In this document: positions 1-8,532 of the stretch, one piece after another
How the letters are laid out: every line of letters starts with the position of its first letter
How positions within the stretch are numbered: position 1 is the stretch's first letter
Assembly: GCA_965204725.1 (NCBI GenBank)
Contig: OZ242005.1
Span: forward strand, 128,001 to 192,000
Source of the DNA: Candidatus Latescibacterota bacterium
Lineage (GTDB): Bacteria > Latescibacterota > UBA2968 > UBA8231
Direction: 5' to 3'
DNA: 64,000 nucleotides
Notes under the pieces: model-generated
Told to the model about the DNA's origin: nothing
Databases searched by the model: none
What the model saw: only the letters and a program-made list of their open reading frames with translations
Made by a program: the position numbers and the translations under genes

Positions 1-552
1 ATGCGGGCCATGCCGAACATGACCGTCTTGGCCCCGGCCGACGCCGTAGAAGTCCGCGCCTGTATGTTGGTGGCTAACGACCTGCCCGGCCCGGTGTACG
101 TGCGCATGACGCGCGACCCAGAGCCGGTCATCTTTTCAGGGGACTACGAGTTTGAGCTGGGCCGCGCCTTGGTCGTGCGCGAGGGCACGGACGTCGCCCT
201 CGTATCCACCGGGGCCCAAACCCCGCGCTGCCTCGTCGCGGCCGACGAATTGGCGCGCGAGGGGATCGCCGCGCTCGTCTTGCACGTACCGACCCTCAAG
301 CCCCTCGACGCAGACGCCATTGTCGCCGTGGCCGAGCAGACCGGCCGCCTAGTAACGGCCGAAGATCACACGATCATCGGCGGCTTGGGCAGCGCGGTCG
401 CCGAAGTGCTCGGGGAGCACTGCCCTACCCCCATGCGGCGCGTCGGCATCCGCGACGTATTCGGCGAATCCGCCCCCAACGAGGAGTTGCTGCAAAAATA
501 CGGTCTGACCCCCGGGCACGTCGCACAGGCGGCGCGGGGGCTGTTCTCTTGA
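1..552 (+). CDS. Transketolase C-terminal subunit (5'-truncated by window edge)
   Basis: Typical motifs RAMPNMTV, GPVYVR, EGTDVALVSTG, TLKPLD, AEDHTIIGGLGSAVAE and GIRDVFGES. Confidence 0.9.
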   Translation: MRAMPNMTVLAPADAVEVRACMLVANDLPGPVYVRMTRDPEPVIFSGDYEFELGRALVVREGTDVALVSTGAQTPRCLVAADELAREGIAALVLHVPTLKPLDADAIVAVAEQTGRLVTAEDHTIIGGLGSAVAEVLGEHCPTPMRRVGIRDVFGESAPNEELLQKYGLTPGHVAQAARGLFS

Positions 553-754
553 CTGCCGTATCCAAATGCCCGTAATTAAATGCAATCCCTACCGCAACCT
601 ATCACCACACTACCACAAGCTGCTGATGACGCAACATACCACTATTTACTTCAGGGTGTTTGTTGACCAGCCGCCGCTCATTATGATCCATGCTAGAGTG
701 CATCGCAGATGCACTCTTTTTATTTGACCGCTGCCACAGAAAACGAGAGGCCGC

Positions 755-1474
755 ATGAAAGAGGGTTTGCTGCAACTATTAAAGCTCCAAGAGGTCGATA
801 AAAAGCTCTTTGAGCTCGAAGAGGCCAAAGAAAAATATCCCGCTGAAATTGATCTGCGTCGCAGCAGGATAGCCAAGGCGCGGTCCGCCCTAGCCGATTT
901 AGAGGCCCAGAGCGCGGAGATCGAAAAGCAACAGCGGCACTGCGAGCGCGAGATCGAAAGTGGCAAGGCCGCCCTGCGCGAGCGCGAGGAGCGCTTTTCC
1001 GCAGTGACCACCAACAAAGAATACGATTCCCTCCAGCTCGAAATCGAAATCTGCAAAAAGGACATTGCCGAGCACGAGACGCAACTGCTCAAAGCCCTTG
1101 AGGCGCTAGAGCGAATTCAGGAGCAGGTCGTCGAAGAACGAGGTGCTTTTGAGGAGGGCCGTGCGGTCGAGCAGGAGCGCATTGACGAGCTCCAAGGCCA
1201 GCTTGGCACCATGCAGGAGCAAATCGACAAAGTCGCAGCAAACCGGCAGGTAGTAGCCCAAGGGATCGAGGCCATCGACGCCCAACTGCTGCGGACGTAC
1301 AATCGCAAGAAGGGGCGGCGCGGGATTCGCGTCGCAGCCGTGCGCAAAGAGGCCTGCGGTGCTTGCTACCACCAGATGCCCGCCCAAACTCGCAACGAGG
1401 TCCGCATCGGCAACCGCGTCATCTTTTGCGAGAGTTGCGGCACCATCATGGTCTGGGACGCGCAGTCGGTTTGA
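755..1474 (+). CDS. Coiled-coil protein with C-terminal C4 zinc ribbon (DUF164/CT398-like)
   Basis: Long heptad region followed by CGAC...CESCG; this family often neighbours rnpB. Confidence 0.88.
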   Translation: MKEGLLQLLKLQEVDKKLFELEEAKEKYPAEIDLRRSRIAKARSALADLEAQSAEIEKQQRHCEREIESGKAALREREERFSAVTTNKEYDSLQLEIEICKKDIAEHETQLLKALEALERIQEQVVEERGAFEEGRAVEQERIDELQGQLGTMQEQIDKVAANRQVVAQGIEAIDAQLLRTYNRKKGRRGIRVAAVRKEACGACYHQMPAQTRNEVRIGNRVIFCESCGTIMVWDAQSV

Positions 1475-1478
1475 TTTT

Positions 1479-1853
1479 GGGAGGAGTAAGTCGGGCGGAC
1501 GCGCCTGCGGCCGCGAGCGGTCGCGGGTGAGGAAAGTCCGAGCTCCACAGGACAGGATGCTGGGTAACTCCCAGGGGGGGCGACCCCACAGACAGTGCCA
1601 CAGAAAACACACCGCCCAGCTTGCTGGGTAAGGTTGAAAAGGCGAGGTAAGAGCTCACCGCACCTGCGGCGACGCAGGTGGCATGGTAAACCTCATTCGG
1701 AGCAAGGCCAAGTAGGGAAGAGAGGCGGTCCGCCTCGCTCGATTCCCGGGTAGGCCGCACCGAGGCGGCTGGGTAACCACCGCCCCAGATGAATGCCCGC
1801 ACAACGCACTTCAGGTGCGTGGACAGAACTCGGCTTATAGACTCACTCCTCCC
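1479..1853 (+). ncRNA. rnpB: RNase P RNA (class A)
   Basis: Conserved GAGGAAAGTCC, AGTGCCACAGAAA, GGTAAACC, GAGCAAG and ACAGAACTCGGCTTA; P1 helix GGGAGGAGTAAGTC / GACTCACTCCTCCC. Confidence 0.97.
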
Positions 1854-1854
1854 A

Positions 1855-1890
1855 CACCCGGAGCCCGGCGGCTCCGGGTGATTTTTCTTT
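1855..1890 (+). terminator. Intrinsic terminator of rnpB
   Basis: Stem CACCCGGAGC / GCTCCGGGTG followed by ATTTTTCTTT. Confidence 0.85.
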
Positions 1891-1904
1891 CTTTGGAGCG
1901 CTAT

Positions 1905-3023
1905 ATGTTTTTGCCGATCGCCGTGCTCGTGTTGATTGCCGCACGGCTTCCCGCCCAACAGGCCGACCGCTACGCGATTGAGCCGCTGGTCTCGCAGCGA
2001 GCCGAAGGCTACATCGACTGGACGCAACACGCGCTCTTTGCTCAGGGCGACGGCACCGCGCCCGCGGCGGTAACCGACCCGGTGCAGCAGCGGCTCCACG
2101 GGTTGCGCAATGCCCGCGACGAGGCGTTCCGCAACCTGCGCGCACTAATCGGCCAAGTGCGCCTCAACGCCGATACCCAACTGCAAGACGCGGGCCTTGA
2201 GCGCGATTTTCAAGAGCTCGCCCGCGTGGCCATTGGCTCGCAAAGCGAGGACCAAGGGCGGTATCGGATCGCCGTGCGGCTGCTCCTGCTAGGCGATTTC
2301 GCCGCGGCGGTGTTGCCCCAAGTCGAGCCTATAGACCCAAGGGCACACGCCTTCCCCGCAGCACCGGCCACCGCCGATCCCCTCGTAACGGACGAAGCAC
2401 CAGCCACCACCGATTCCCTCGCAACAGACGAAGCAGCAGCTACCGCCGATTCCCTCGCGGCGAACGAAGCACCCGCCACCGCCGATCCCCTCGCAACGGA
2501 CGAAGCAGCAGCCCCCGCCGACTCCCTCGCAACGGACGATCTCGTGTTTTTCGTGCCCGATGCTCCCTACACGGGCTTGCTCATCGACGTCCGCGGGCTT
2601 GGGTTGCAACCGAGCATCGCGCCGAGGGTGCTCAGCGCAGACGGGCATCTCATTCACGGTGTGGCGACCGTGGACCGCCGCCTCGCCACCGACTACGGAG
2701 TCGCCGGCTACGACGACGACCTCAACCGCGCCTACACCAGTGAACGGCTCGGCGGGGAGGACGCCAAGCCTTTCGTCGTCAAGGCTACGGGCACGGCCGG
2801 CCGCTACTCAGGCGACGCCATCCTCGACGACTTCGATGCCGTGCAGGTCCTGCAAGCCGACGAGGCCGGCGACTTTTTGCGCCAAGGCCGGGTGACTTTC
2901 CTCCTCGGCCCGGCCCCAGCCGTCTTCGATTCCACCTATACCGATTCCATTTTCACATCAGAAGGCATAGAACATGAGCTCGAGTTTTACGACGAAATGG
3001 AACCAAGCCACTCGGCGGAATAA
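1905..3023 (+). CDS. Exported LPP20-like protein with internal 12-aa tandem repeat
   Basis: ATG at 1905 followed by a hydrophobic signal; IDWT...AQGDG N-domain and YTGLLIDVRGLGLQPSIAPRVL C-domain resemble LPP20-associated proteins. Confidence 0.65.
   Translation: MFLPIAVLVLIAARLPAQQADRYAIEPLVSQRAEGYIDWTQHALFAQGDGTAPAAVTDPVQQRLHGLRNARDEAFRNLRALIGQVRLNADTQLQDAGLERDFQELARVAIGSQSEDQGRYRIAVRLLLLGDFAAAVLPQVEPIDPRAHAFPAAPATADPLVTDEAPATTDSLATDEAAATADSLAANEAPATADPLATDEAAAPADSLATDDLVFFVPDAPYTGLLIDVRGLGLQPSIAPRVLSADGHLIHGVATVDRRLATDYGVAGYDDDLNRAYTSERLGGEDAKPFVVKATGTAGRYSGDAILDDFDAVQVLQADEAGDFLRQGRVTFLLGPAPAVFDSTYTDSIFTSEGIEHELEFYDEMEPSHSAE
2361..2540 (+). repeat. 5 x 36-bp in-frame tandem repeat
   Basis: Units APATADPLVTDE / APATTDSLATDE / AAATADSLAANE / APATADPLATDE / AAAPADSLATDD. 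Confidence 0.92.
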
Positions 3024-3789
3024 CTCGCTGGTCTGCGTCGGGCTAGATACCGACCTTGCTCAGTTGCCGGCCAGCGTCCGCACCAAAGCCGATCCCGTCC
3101 TCTACTTCAACAAACAAATCATCGACGCCACCTGCGACCTCGTCTGCTGCTACAAGCCCAACTTCGCTTTCTACAGCGCCCTCGGCGCCGACGGCTTTGC
3201 CACGCTCAAGCGCACCCTCGACCACGTCCCCGCAGACATCCCGGTGATCATCGACGCCAAGGTCGGCGACATCGGCAATGTGGCCGCGCAATACGCCCGC
3301 ACCTTTTACGAGGCCCTCGGCTGCGACGCCCTGACGGTGACTCCCTATATGGGCGCAGATTGCGTCGAGCCCTTCACCGCGTACAAAGATCGCACCACCT
3401 TTCTCGTCTGCCTGACGTCCAACCCCGGGGCCGACGACTTTGAAAAGCAACTCATGGGCGACCAGCCCCTATACGAGCGCGTCATTGCCAAGGCCCACGA
3501 GTGGAACGCCGCCCACAACATCGGCCTAGTCGCCGGCGCGACCCAACCCGAGCACTTGGCCCGCTTCCGCTCCCTAGCGCCGGACCTGCCCTTGCTGGTC
3601 CCCGGGGTCGGCGCACAAGGCGGCTCTGTAGAGCGAGCGGTCAAAAACGGCTGTGACGCCCAAGGCGCAGGCATCCTCATCAACTCCTCGCGCAGCATCC
3701 TCTACGCCTCTCAAGGCCGCGATTTCGCAGCCTCGGCCCGGCAGGCGACCCTAAGACTACGCGACGCGATCAACACCCATCGCCCCTGA
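2974..3789 (+). CDS. pyrF: Orotidine-5'-phosphate decarboxylase (subfamily 2)
   Basis: LVCVGLD, YKPNFAF, DAKVGDIGN (DxKxxD), LLVPGVGAQGG, INSSRSILYA. Confidence 0.96.
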   Translation: MSSSFTTKWNQATRRNNSLVCVGLDTDLAQLPASVRTKADPVLYFNKQIIDATCDLVCCYKPNFAFYSALGADGFATLKRTLDHVPADIPVIIDAKVGDIGNVAAQYARTFYEALGCDALTVTPYMGADCVEPFTAYKDRTTFLVCLTSNPGADDFEKQLMGDQPLYERVIAKAHEWNAAHNIGLVAGATQPEHLARFRSLAPDLPLLVPGVGAQGGSVERAVKNGCDAQGAGILINSSRSILYASQGRDFAASARQATLRLRDAINTHRP

Positions 3790-3803
3790 GCCGTTAGCCG
3801 TTA

Positions 3804-3832
3804 TTGCCATCAACCAAAGCTATCTCTATTTT
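3804..3832 (+). promoter_or_regulatory. sigma70-type promoter of tRNA-Pro
   Basis: TTGCCA-N17-TATTTT ending 11 nt before the tRNA. Confidence 0.6.
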
Positions 3833-3843
3833 TTGTAGCGAGT

Positions 3844-3921
3844 CGGGGTGTGGCGCAGTCCGGTCAGCGCACCTGCTTTGGGAGCAGGATGTCGTCGGTT
3901 CAAATCCGACCACCCCGACCA
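3844..3921 (+). tRNA. tRNA-Pro(TGG)
   Basis: Acceptor stem CGGGGTG/CACCCCG, anticodon arm CCTGC-TT-TGG-GA-GCAGG, T-loop GGTTCAAATCC, encoded CCA. Confidence 0.98.
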
Positions 3922-3990
3922 CTACTCGCCCTCCAGCATCTCTCCCTTCGGCACAGCGAATCCCCAATCCCTTCACGGCAAGGATGAATC

Positions 3991-5328
3991 ATGGCCCGAG
4001 AAATCAAGGCTTTGCTCGACGAGGAAATCGCTGCTTACGCAGCGCGCAACCCCCGCTCGTACGCGATGTTTGCGCGAGCCAAGCAATCCCTGCCGGGCGG
4101 CAACACTCGCACTGGCATCCATATTGACCCTTTTCCCCTCTATGCCGACCGCGGCGAGGGAGCCTATCTCTTCGACATCGACGGCCACCGCCTGACCGAC
4201 TTTGTCAACAACAACACGGCCCTGCCCTTGGGCCACGCCCATCCCGCCATCGTCGCCGCCCTACAGAAACAAATCGCCCTCGGCACTGGGTTTTCGCGGC
4301 CCCTCGCCCTTGAGGTAGAAATGGCCGAAGCGCTGCGGGCGCGCATGCCCGCGCTGGAGAAAGTGCGCTTTTGCTCCTCGGGCACCGAGGCCGTGCTCAA
4401 CGCCCTGCGCGTGGCGCGTGCGCATACCGGGCGCACCAAGATCGCCAAGTTTGAAGGGGCCTATCACGGGATAGACGACAGCGCACTGGTGAGTTATTTG
4501 CCGCCACTGGGGCCGGAGTTGGGGCCAGCGAGCAAACCGCAGGGCGTGGCCTCCTCGGCCGGGCTAATGGCCCATACCCTCGACGAGGTGGTCGTGCTGC
4601 CGTTCAACGACGCGGCCGCCTGCGCCGAGATCATCGCCAACTGCGCCCCAGAACTGGCCGCCGTGATCGTCGATCCGCTTTCCACGGCCGCCGGGCTGGC
4701 GCTGCCAGAGGCCGGTTTTTTGCCGAGCCTGCGCGACGCGGCCACCCGCGCCGGTGCCCTGCTAATTTTCGACGAAATCGTCAGCTTCCGTTGCGGCCCG
4801 GGCGGGGCGCACACCGCCTATCAGGTGCGGCCCGATCTGGTTTGTTTGGGCAAGGTAATCAGCGGTGGGACGCCCGGTGCGGCCTTCGGCGGCCGTGCCG
4901 ACGCCATGGACCTATACGACCCCGCCGACGGGCCACCCATCCAACAGTCCGGCACCTTCAACGCCAACCCCATCGCCCTAGTCGCTGGCTTGCAGACCCT
5001 CCAAGCGCTAACCCCAGCGGCTTACGAGCAGACAGAAGGACTGGCGCGGCGGGCAGCGGCGGGGTTGCAGGCCGCGTTTGGCGAGGTTGGGGTCGCCGTG
5101 CAGGTGGTCGTGGCCGGGTCCATATTCCGGCTGTATTTCCTCGACCAGCCGCCGCGCAATTTCCGCGAAGCAGCGCAGGACGACGCCCAGATGCACCGCT
5201 GGCTGTTCTTCGCTCTGCTCAATAGAGGGTTGTACACGCGAACGGGCGGCAACGTGTCGCTGGCGACCGAGCCCCACCACATCGACTCGCTAGTGCAGGG
5301 GGTGCGCGAGGCAGTGCAAGCACTGTAG
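3991..5328 (+). CDS. Class III PLP aminotransferase (GSA aminomutase-like paralogue)
   Basis: LPGGNTR, GAYLFDIDG, RFCSSGTEA, KFEGAYHG, LIFDEIVSFR, PDLVCLGKVISGG. Confidence 0.9.
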   Translation: MAREIKALLDEEIAAYAARNPRSYAMFARAKQSLPGGNTRTGIHIDPFPLYADRGEGAYLFDIDGHRLTDFVNNNTALPLGHAHPAIVAALQKQIALGTGFSRPLALEVEMAEALRARMPALEKVRFCSSGTEAVLNALRVARAHTGRTKIAKFEGAYHGIDDSALVSYLPPLGPELGPASKPQGVASSAGLMAHTLDEVVVLPFNDAAACAEIIANCAPELAAVIVDPLSTAAGLALPEAGFLPSLRDAATRAGALLIFDEIVSFRCGPGGAHTAYQVRPDLVCLGKVISGGTPGAAFGGRADAMDLYDPADGPPIQQSGTFNANPIALVAGLQTLQALTPAAYEQTEGLARRAAAGLQAAFGEVGVAVQVVVAGSIFRLYFLDQPPRNFREAAQDDAQMHRWLFFALLNRGLYTRTGGNVSLATEPHHIDSLVQGVREAVQAL

Positions 5329-5461
5329 CATCCCGCATGACGGCGCACCCTCCTTTGGATATTGTCTATCGCGGCTAGTAGCGAATGCGCGACGGGCAGA
5401 CCGATCCAGACAGCGTACTACAGTCTTTTAACAGCGATGGGCAAGGGCAAAGATAGATGCG

Positions 5462-6301
5462 ATGAACCACATCCAAATTATCGAGCAAGTTTACAACGCA
5501 CTCTCTGCAAAGATCACCCAAGGCGAGATCCCTATTTCTCTTCGGGCACCTGCCGTGGTCGGCACAGTCCAAGACGACCCATTTGACTGCTGGGTTGCCG
5601 ATACAATCAGAGACGCGCTTCCAGATGTCGAAGTGTTTCATTCAGGTAAATTGACTACTCCGGATCTCGTATTGCGATATAAGGAGAGCAATTCACTGCT
5701 CGGTCTCGAAGTAAAAAAGCTCATCCAAAAGGAGGACGGCAAAGATCCACGAGGTCTTACCATCGACTACAATAGCTGTCTTCCCTGTGGGAAAGCCCTT
5801 GTGAAGGTAGGCGAGAACACGGTCGAGGTGCCTTGTTTTTATTTTTTTGCCCTTCTCAGTCCCGACAGCTCTTCCATGGTCACAACAATCCTGATGGATG
5901 GAGATTTCCTCAACTACGATTTTGAACTCCACAAGGATGCAAAATATGCAAATCAGAGCGAGTATAACCACGGCCCTTATGGAGAAGGCTCCGTCCGTCA
6001 CCGCAGGATGTACACCTATCCGAATCCACTCAACTATAAGCTGAGCTTTTTTTATTTGCGGCACATCCTTATTGTCAAACAGCACGAATTGGCATCCTTT
6101 GCTAGCGCACCCTGTACGGATTTAATTATCCGTGCCGATAAGTATCAAAACGCTTTTTACTATGTCGTGATAGACGATGTGAGCGAAAAGAATCTCCCTT
6201 TTCCACTGGAGAAGCTCCCCGTACGTCAAGATATTTTCAAAGTGTGCAAAGAACGTAAGCCAAAAGAGCGCACCGCCTCCATGCCGCAACTCCCAGAGTA
6301 G
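5462..6301 (+). CDS. Putative type II restriction endonuclease (PD-(D/E)xK)
   Basis: TPDLVL...GLEVKK catalytic-like motif; AT-richer than flanks; ends 4 nt upstream of a DNA MTase. Confidence 0.65.
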   Translation: MNHIQIIEQVYNALSAKITQGEIPISLRAPAVVGTVQDDPFDCWVADTIRDALPDVEVFHSGKLTTPDLVLRYKESNSLLGLEVKKLIQKEDGKDPRGLTIDYNSCLPCGKALVKVGENTVEVPCFYFFALLSPDSSSMVTTILMDGDFLNYDFELHKDAKYANQSEYNHGPYGEGSVRHRRMYTYPNPLNYKLSFFYLRHILIVKQHELASFASAPCTDLIIRADKYQNAFYYVVIDDVSEKNLPFPLEKLPVRQDIFKVCKERKPKERTASMPQLPE

Positions 6302-6305
6302 AGAG

Positions 6306-8468
6306 ATGCCCCGACTCATAGAGACCGAATTTCCCTATGCTCGTCTCTCTGCAATCGCAGAAGCTGAATCGTGGCGAAAAGAGGTACATCGCCCGGTTTA
6401 CTACATCCACAAATGGTGGGCGCGTAGGTTGGGATCTGTTTTTCGGGGTATTTTGCTCGGCGCGTGTCTCGACGAGGGAGAGGACTTCTGGAAGCGCTTT
6501 TATGGGAAGAACGATTTTGCTGAAACCGTAATTTTTGACCCTTTCATGGGGAGCGGAGTTACCATAGGAGAAGCGATTAAGCTCGGTTGTACCGCTTTGG
6601 GCCAGGATATCAATCCCGTCGCGTATCTCGCATGTCGCGCTGCCTTCACTAAGTACGATCCGTCCGCAGTCGTCGCTACATACCAACTCCTCGAGCGCAC
6701 GGTTGCTCCCAAACTATTGAGCTACTTTGAGGCGCGCACAGAAGAAGGCCACCGGGCAACCGTACTGTACTACTTTCTCGTCAAGGTTGTGTCGTGTCCA
6801 CAATGCAGTAAACAGATCGATCTCTTCAAGTCTCGCATTTTCTCAAAGAACGCCGTACCGCGCAAAGACGCCAGCGCTCGCGCACTCTGTCCTAGTTGCA
6901 ACGCGGTCAACGCGACGCTCTACAACGCCGATTCCGTGCAGTGCTCCGTCTGCGGCCTAACATACAATCCTCAGCAGGGCAACGTACAAGGAGCGAAAGT
7001 CAAATGCGATGCGTGCGGCCATACATTCCGCCTTGTCGAGCGGATGAAATCAATGCGAGGTCCTCTTGGTTATCGCCGGTACGCCAAGATGATCCTCACT
7101 ACAGATGGGCAAAAGCAATACGCTGCGATGAATGCTTTCGACGACGCCCTTGCTGAGCGCATCGCCCGAGAGTGTACTGACATCCGCTCCTCCTTCCCCC
7201 AAGTTGAAATCGCGCCGGGTTACAATACAAACCAGATTTTGAAGCACAACTACCGCTTCTGGCACGAGCTGTTTTCCGATCGGCAGCTCCTTTGCATCCA
7301 CCACCTGCAAGAGGCCATTCGTCGGATTGATCACGCCGATCATAGACTCCTCTTTGCCTGCCTGTTCTCGGGTGTGCTTGAGTTCAATAACCTGTTTGCA
7401 TCTTTCAAAGGGGAGGGAACCGGGGCCGTGCGGCACATGTTTTCACACCATGTCCTCAAGCCCGAAATGATGCCCATTGAAGCGAACGTCTGGGGGACCA
7501 ACAAGTCGTCTGGATCGTTTTCCACCTTGTTCCGCTCGCGCGTCCTAAATGCGCTTGCCTATAAGGCCGATCCAACCGAGCTCCACACGGCGCGGGGAAA
7601 AAGCACCAAAGTTGGAGGAATTAATCGGCCCCTCGCCGTTTTGGTGTCCGATGAGTTTGCCTCGTCCGCGAACGGAAACGACGCGATTTACCTCACTCAA
7701 GGCGATTCCAGTCGCACCACTATTCCAGACCGCAGTGTGGACGTCGTCGTAACCGATCCCCCATTCTTCGACAATGTTCACTACTCCCAACTCGCCGATT
7801 TTTTCTTTTACTGGCTGAACCAGCTTTTGGATTATTCCAAAGCCAAAACGACGCGACGGCAAGACGAAGTTCAAGATACGAGTCCTATTCTCTTCGCCAA
7901 CAAACTGACATCCGTGTTCGCCGAATGCCATCGCGTCCTCAAGCATACCGGGCTGCTCGTGTTCTCCTATCACCATGCTCGACACGAAGGGTGGACCTGT
8001 GTACACAGGGCGATCCGACATGCCGGGTTCGCCTGCAAACAGGCTTATCCAATCAAGGCTGAAATGTCCGTTTCCACCCCGCTGAAACAGGCCAAGACGC
8101 CGATACATTTGGACTTGATACTTATATGTGGCAAGGAAGGAACCGGCGCTGCCCACCCCGTCGCCAACGTTGATATTGCTCGCGTTCTTCGCAGTGCAGA
8201 GGACCAAATTCGCGCCCTCAAATCGGCGAATATATCCGTCTCACTCGGAGATGCGAAGGTGATTCTCATGGGACGCTTTTTATGCGCAACGCACCGCCTG
8301 TGGAATTTGGAGCAGGAAGAGACATTCCTTTCCGATACCGAAAGGCGTATTGACGACTACGTGGCCGACGTGCTCAGAGCCCAAGGAGAGGTTCTATATA
8401 CCCAAGACCCCGCTGAGCAACTCGTCCTTTTTGAAGAGATGGCCAACTATTTGACCGCTAGAGAATAA
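6306..8468 (+). CDS. DUF1156-like amino-DNA methyltransferase with zinc ribbons
   Basis: IHKWWARRLGSVFR; SAM motif DPFMGSG; catalytic TDPPF; CPQC, CPSC, CSVC, CDAC. Confidence 0.88.
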   Translation: MPRLIETEFPYARLSAIAEAESWRKEVHRPVYYIHKWWARRLGSVFRGILLGACLDEGEDFWKRFYGKNDFAETVIFDPFMGSGVTIGEAIKLGCTALGQDINPVAYLACRAAFTKYDPSAVVATYQLLERTVAPKLLSYFEARTEEGHRATVLYYFLVKVVSCPQCSKQIDLFKSRIFSKNAVPRKDASARALCPSCNAVNATLYNADSVQCSVCGLTYNPQQGNVQGAKVKCDACGHTFRLVERMKSMRGPLGYRRYAKMILTTDGQKQYAAMNAFDDALAERIARECTDIRSSFPQVEIAPGYNTNQILKHNYRFWHELFSDRQLLCIHHLQEAIRRIDHADHRLLFACLFSGVLEFNNLFASFKGEGTGAVRHMFSHHVLKPEMMPIEANVWGTNKSSGSFSTLFRSRVLNALAYKADPTELHTARGKSTKVGGINRPLAVLVSDEFASSANGNDAIYLTQGDSSRTTIPDRSVDVVVTDPPFFDNVHYSQLADFFFYWLNQLLDYSKAKTTRRQDEVQDTSPILFANKLTSVFAECHRVLKHTGLLVFSYHHARHEGWTCVHRAIRHAGFACKQAYPIKAEMSVSTPLKQAKTPIHLDLILICGKEGTGAAHPVANVDIARVLRSAEDQIRALKSANISVSLGDAKVILMGRFLCATHRLWNLEQEETFLSDTERRIDDYVADVLRAQGEVLYTQDPAEQLVLFEEMANYLTARE

Positions 8469-8532
8469 TCTGCGGCACCCCGCGAATTTGCTCATTCGCG
8501 GTGGTAGCTGCCCAGCAGCAGGAGAGTGCCTC

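Noticed and set aside
1359-1904. ORFs overlapping rnpB and the 5' extension of ORF 1815
   Set aside because: Region is RNase P RNA plus terminator; the real start is more likely ATG 1905
2361-2540. 36-bp periodicity resembling a CRISPR array
   Set aside because: Units are contiguous, in frame and have no unique spacers; no cas genes in the window
3900-3921. tRNA-Pro 3' end as attachment site of an integrated element
   Set aside because: No integrase nearby and no duplicated tRNA 3' end noticed by eye (not exhaustively searched)
3794-4195. Short ORFs across the tRNA
   Set aside because: They overlap tRNA-Pro and the aminotransferase; spurious
3991-5328. Calling this gene hemL
   Set aside because: Divergent from typical HemL motifs and in a catabolic context; left as class III aminotransferase
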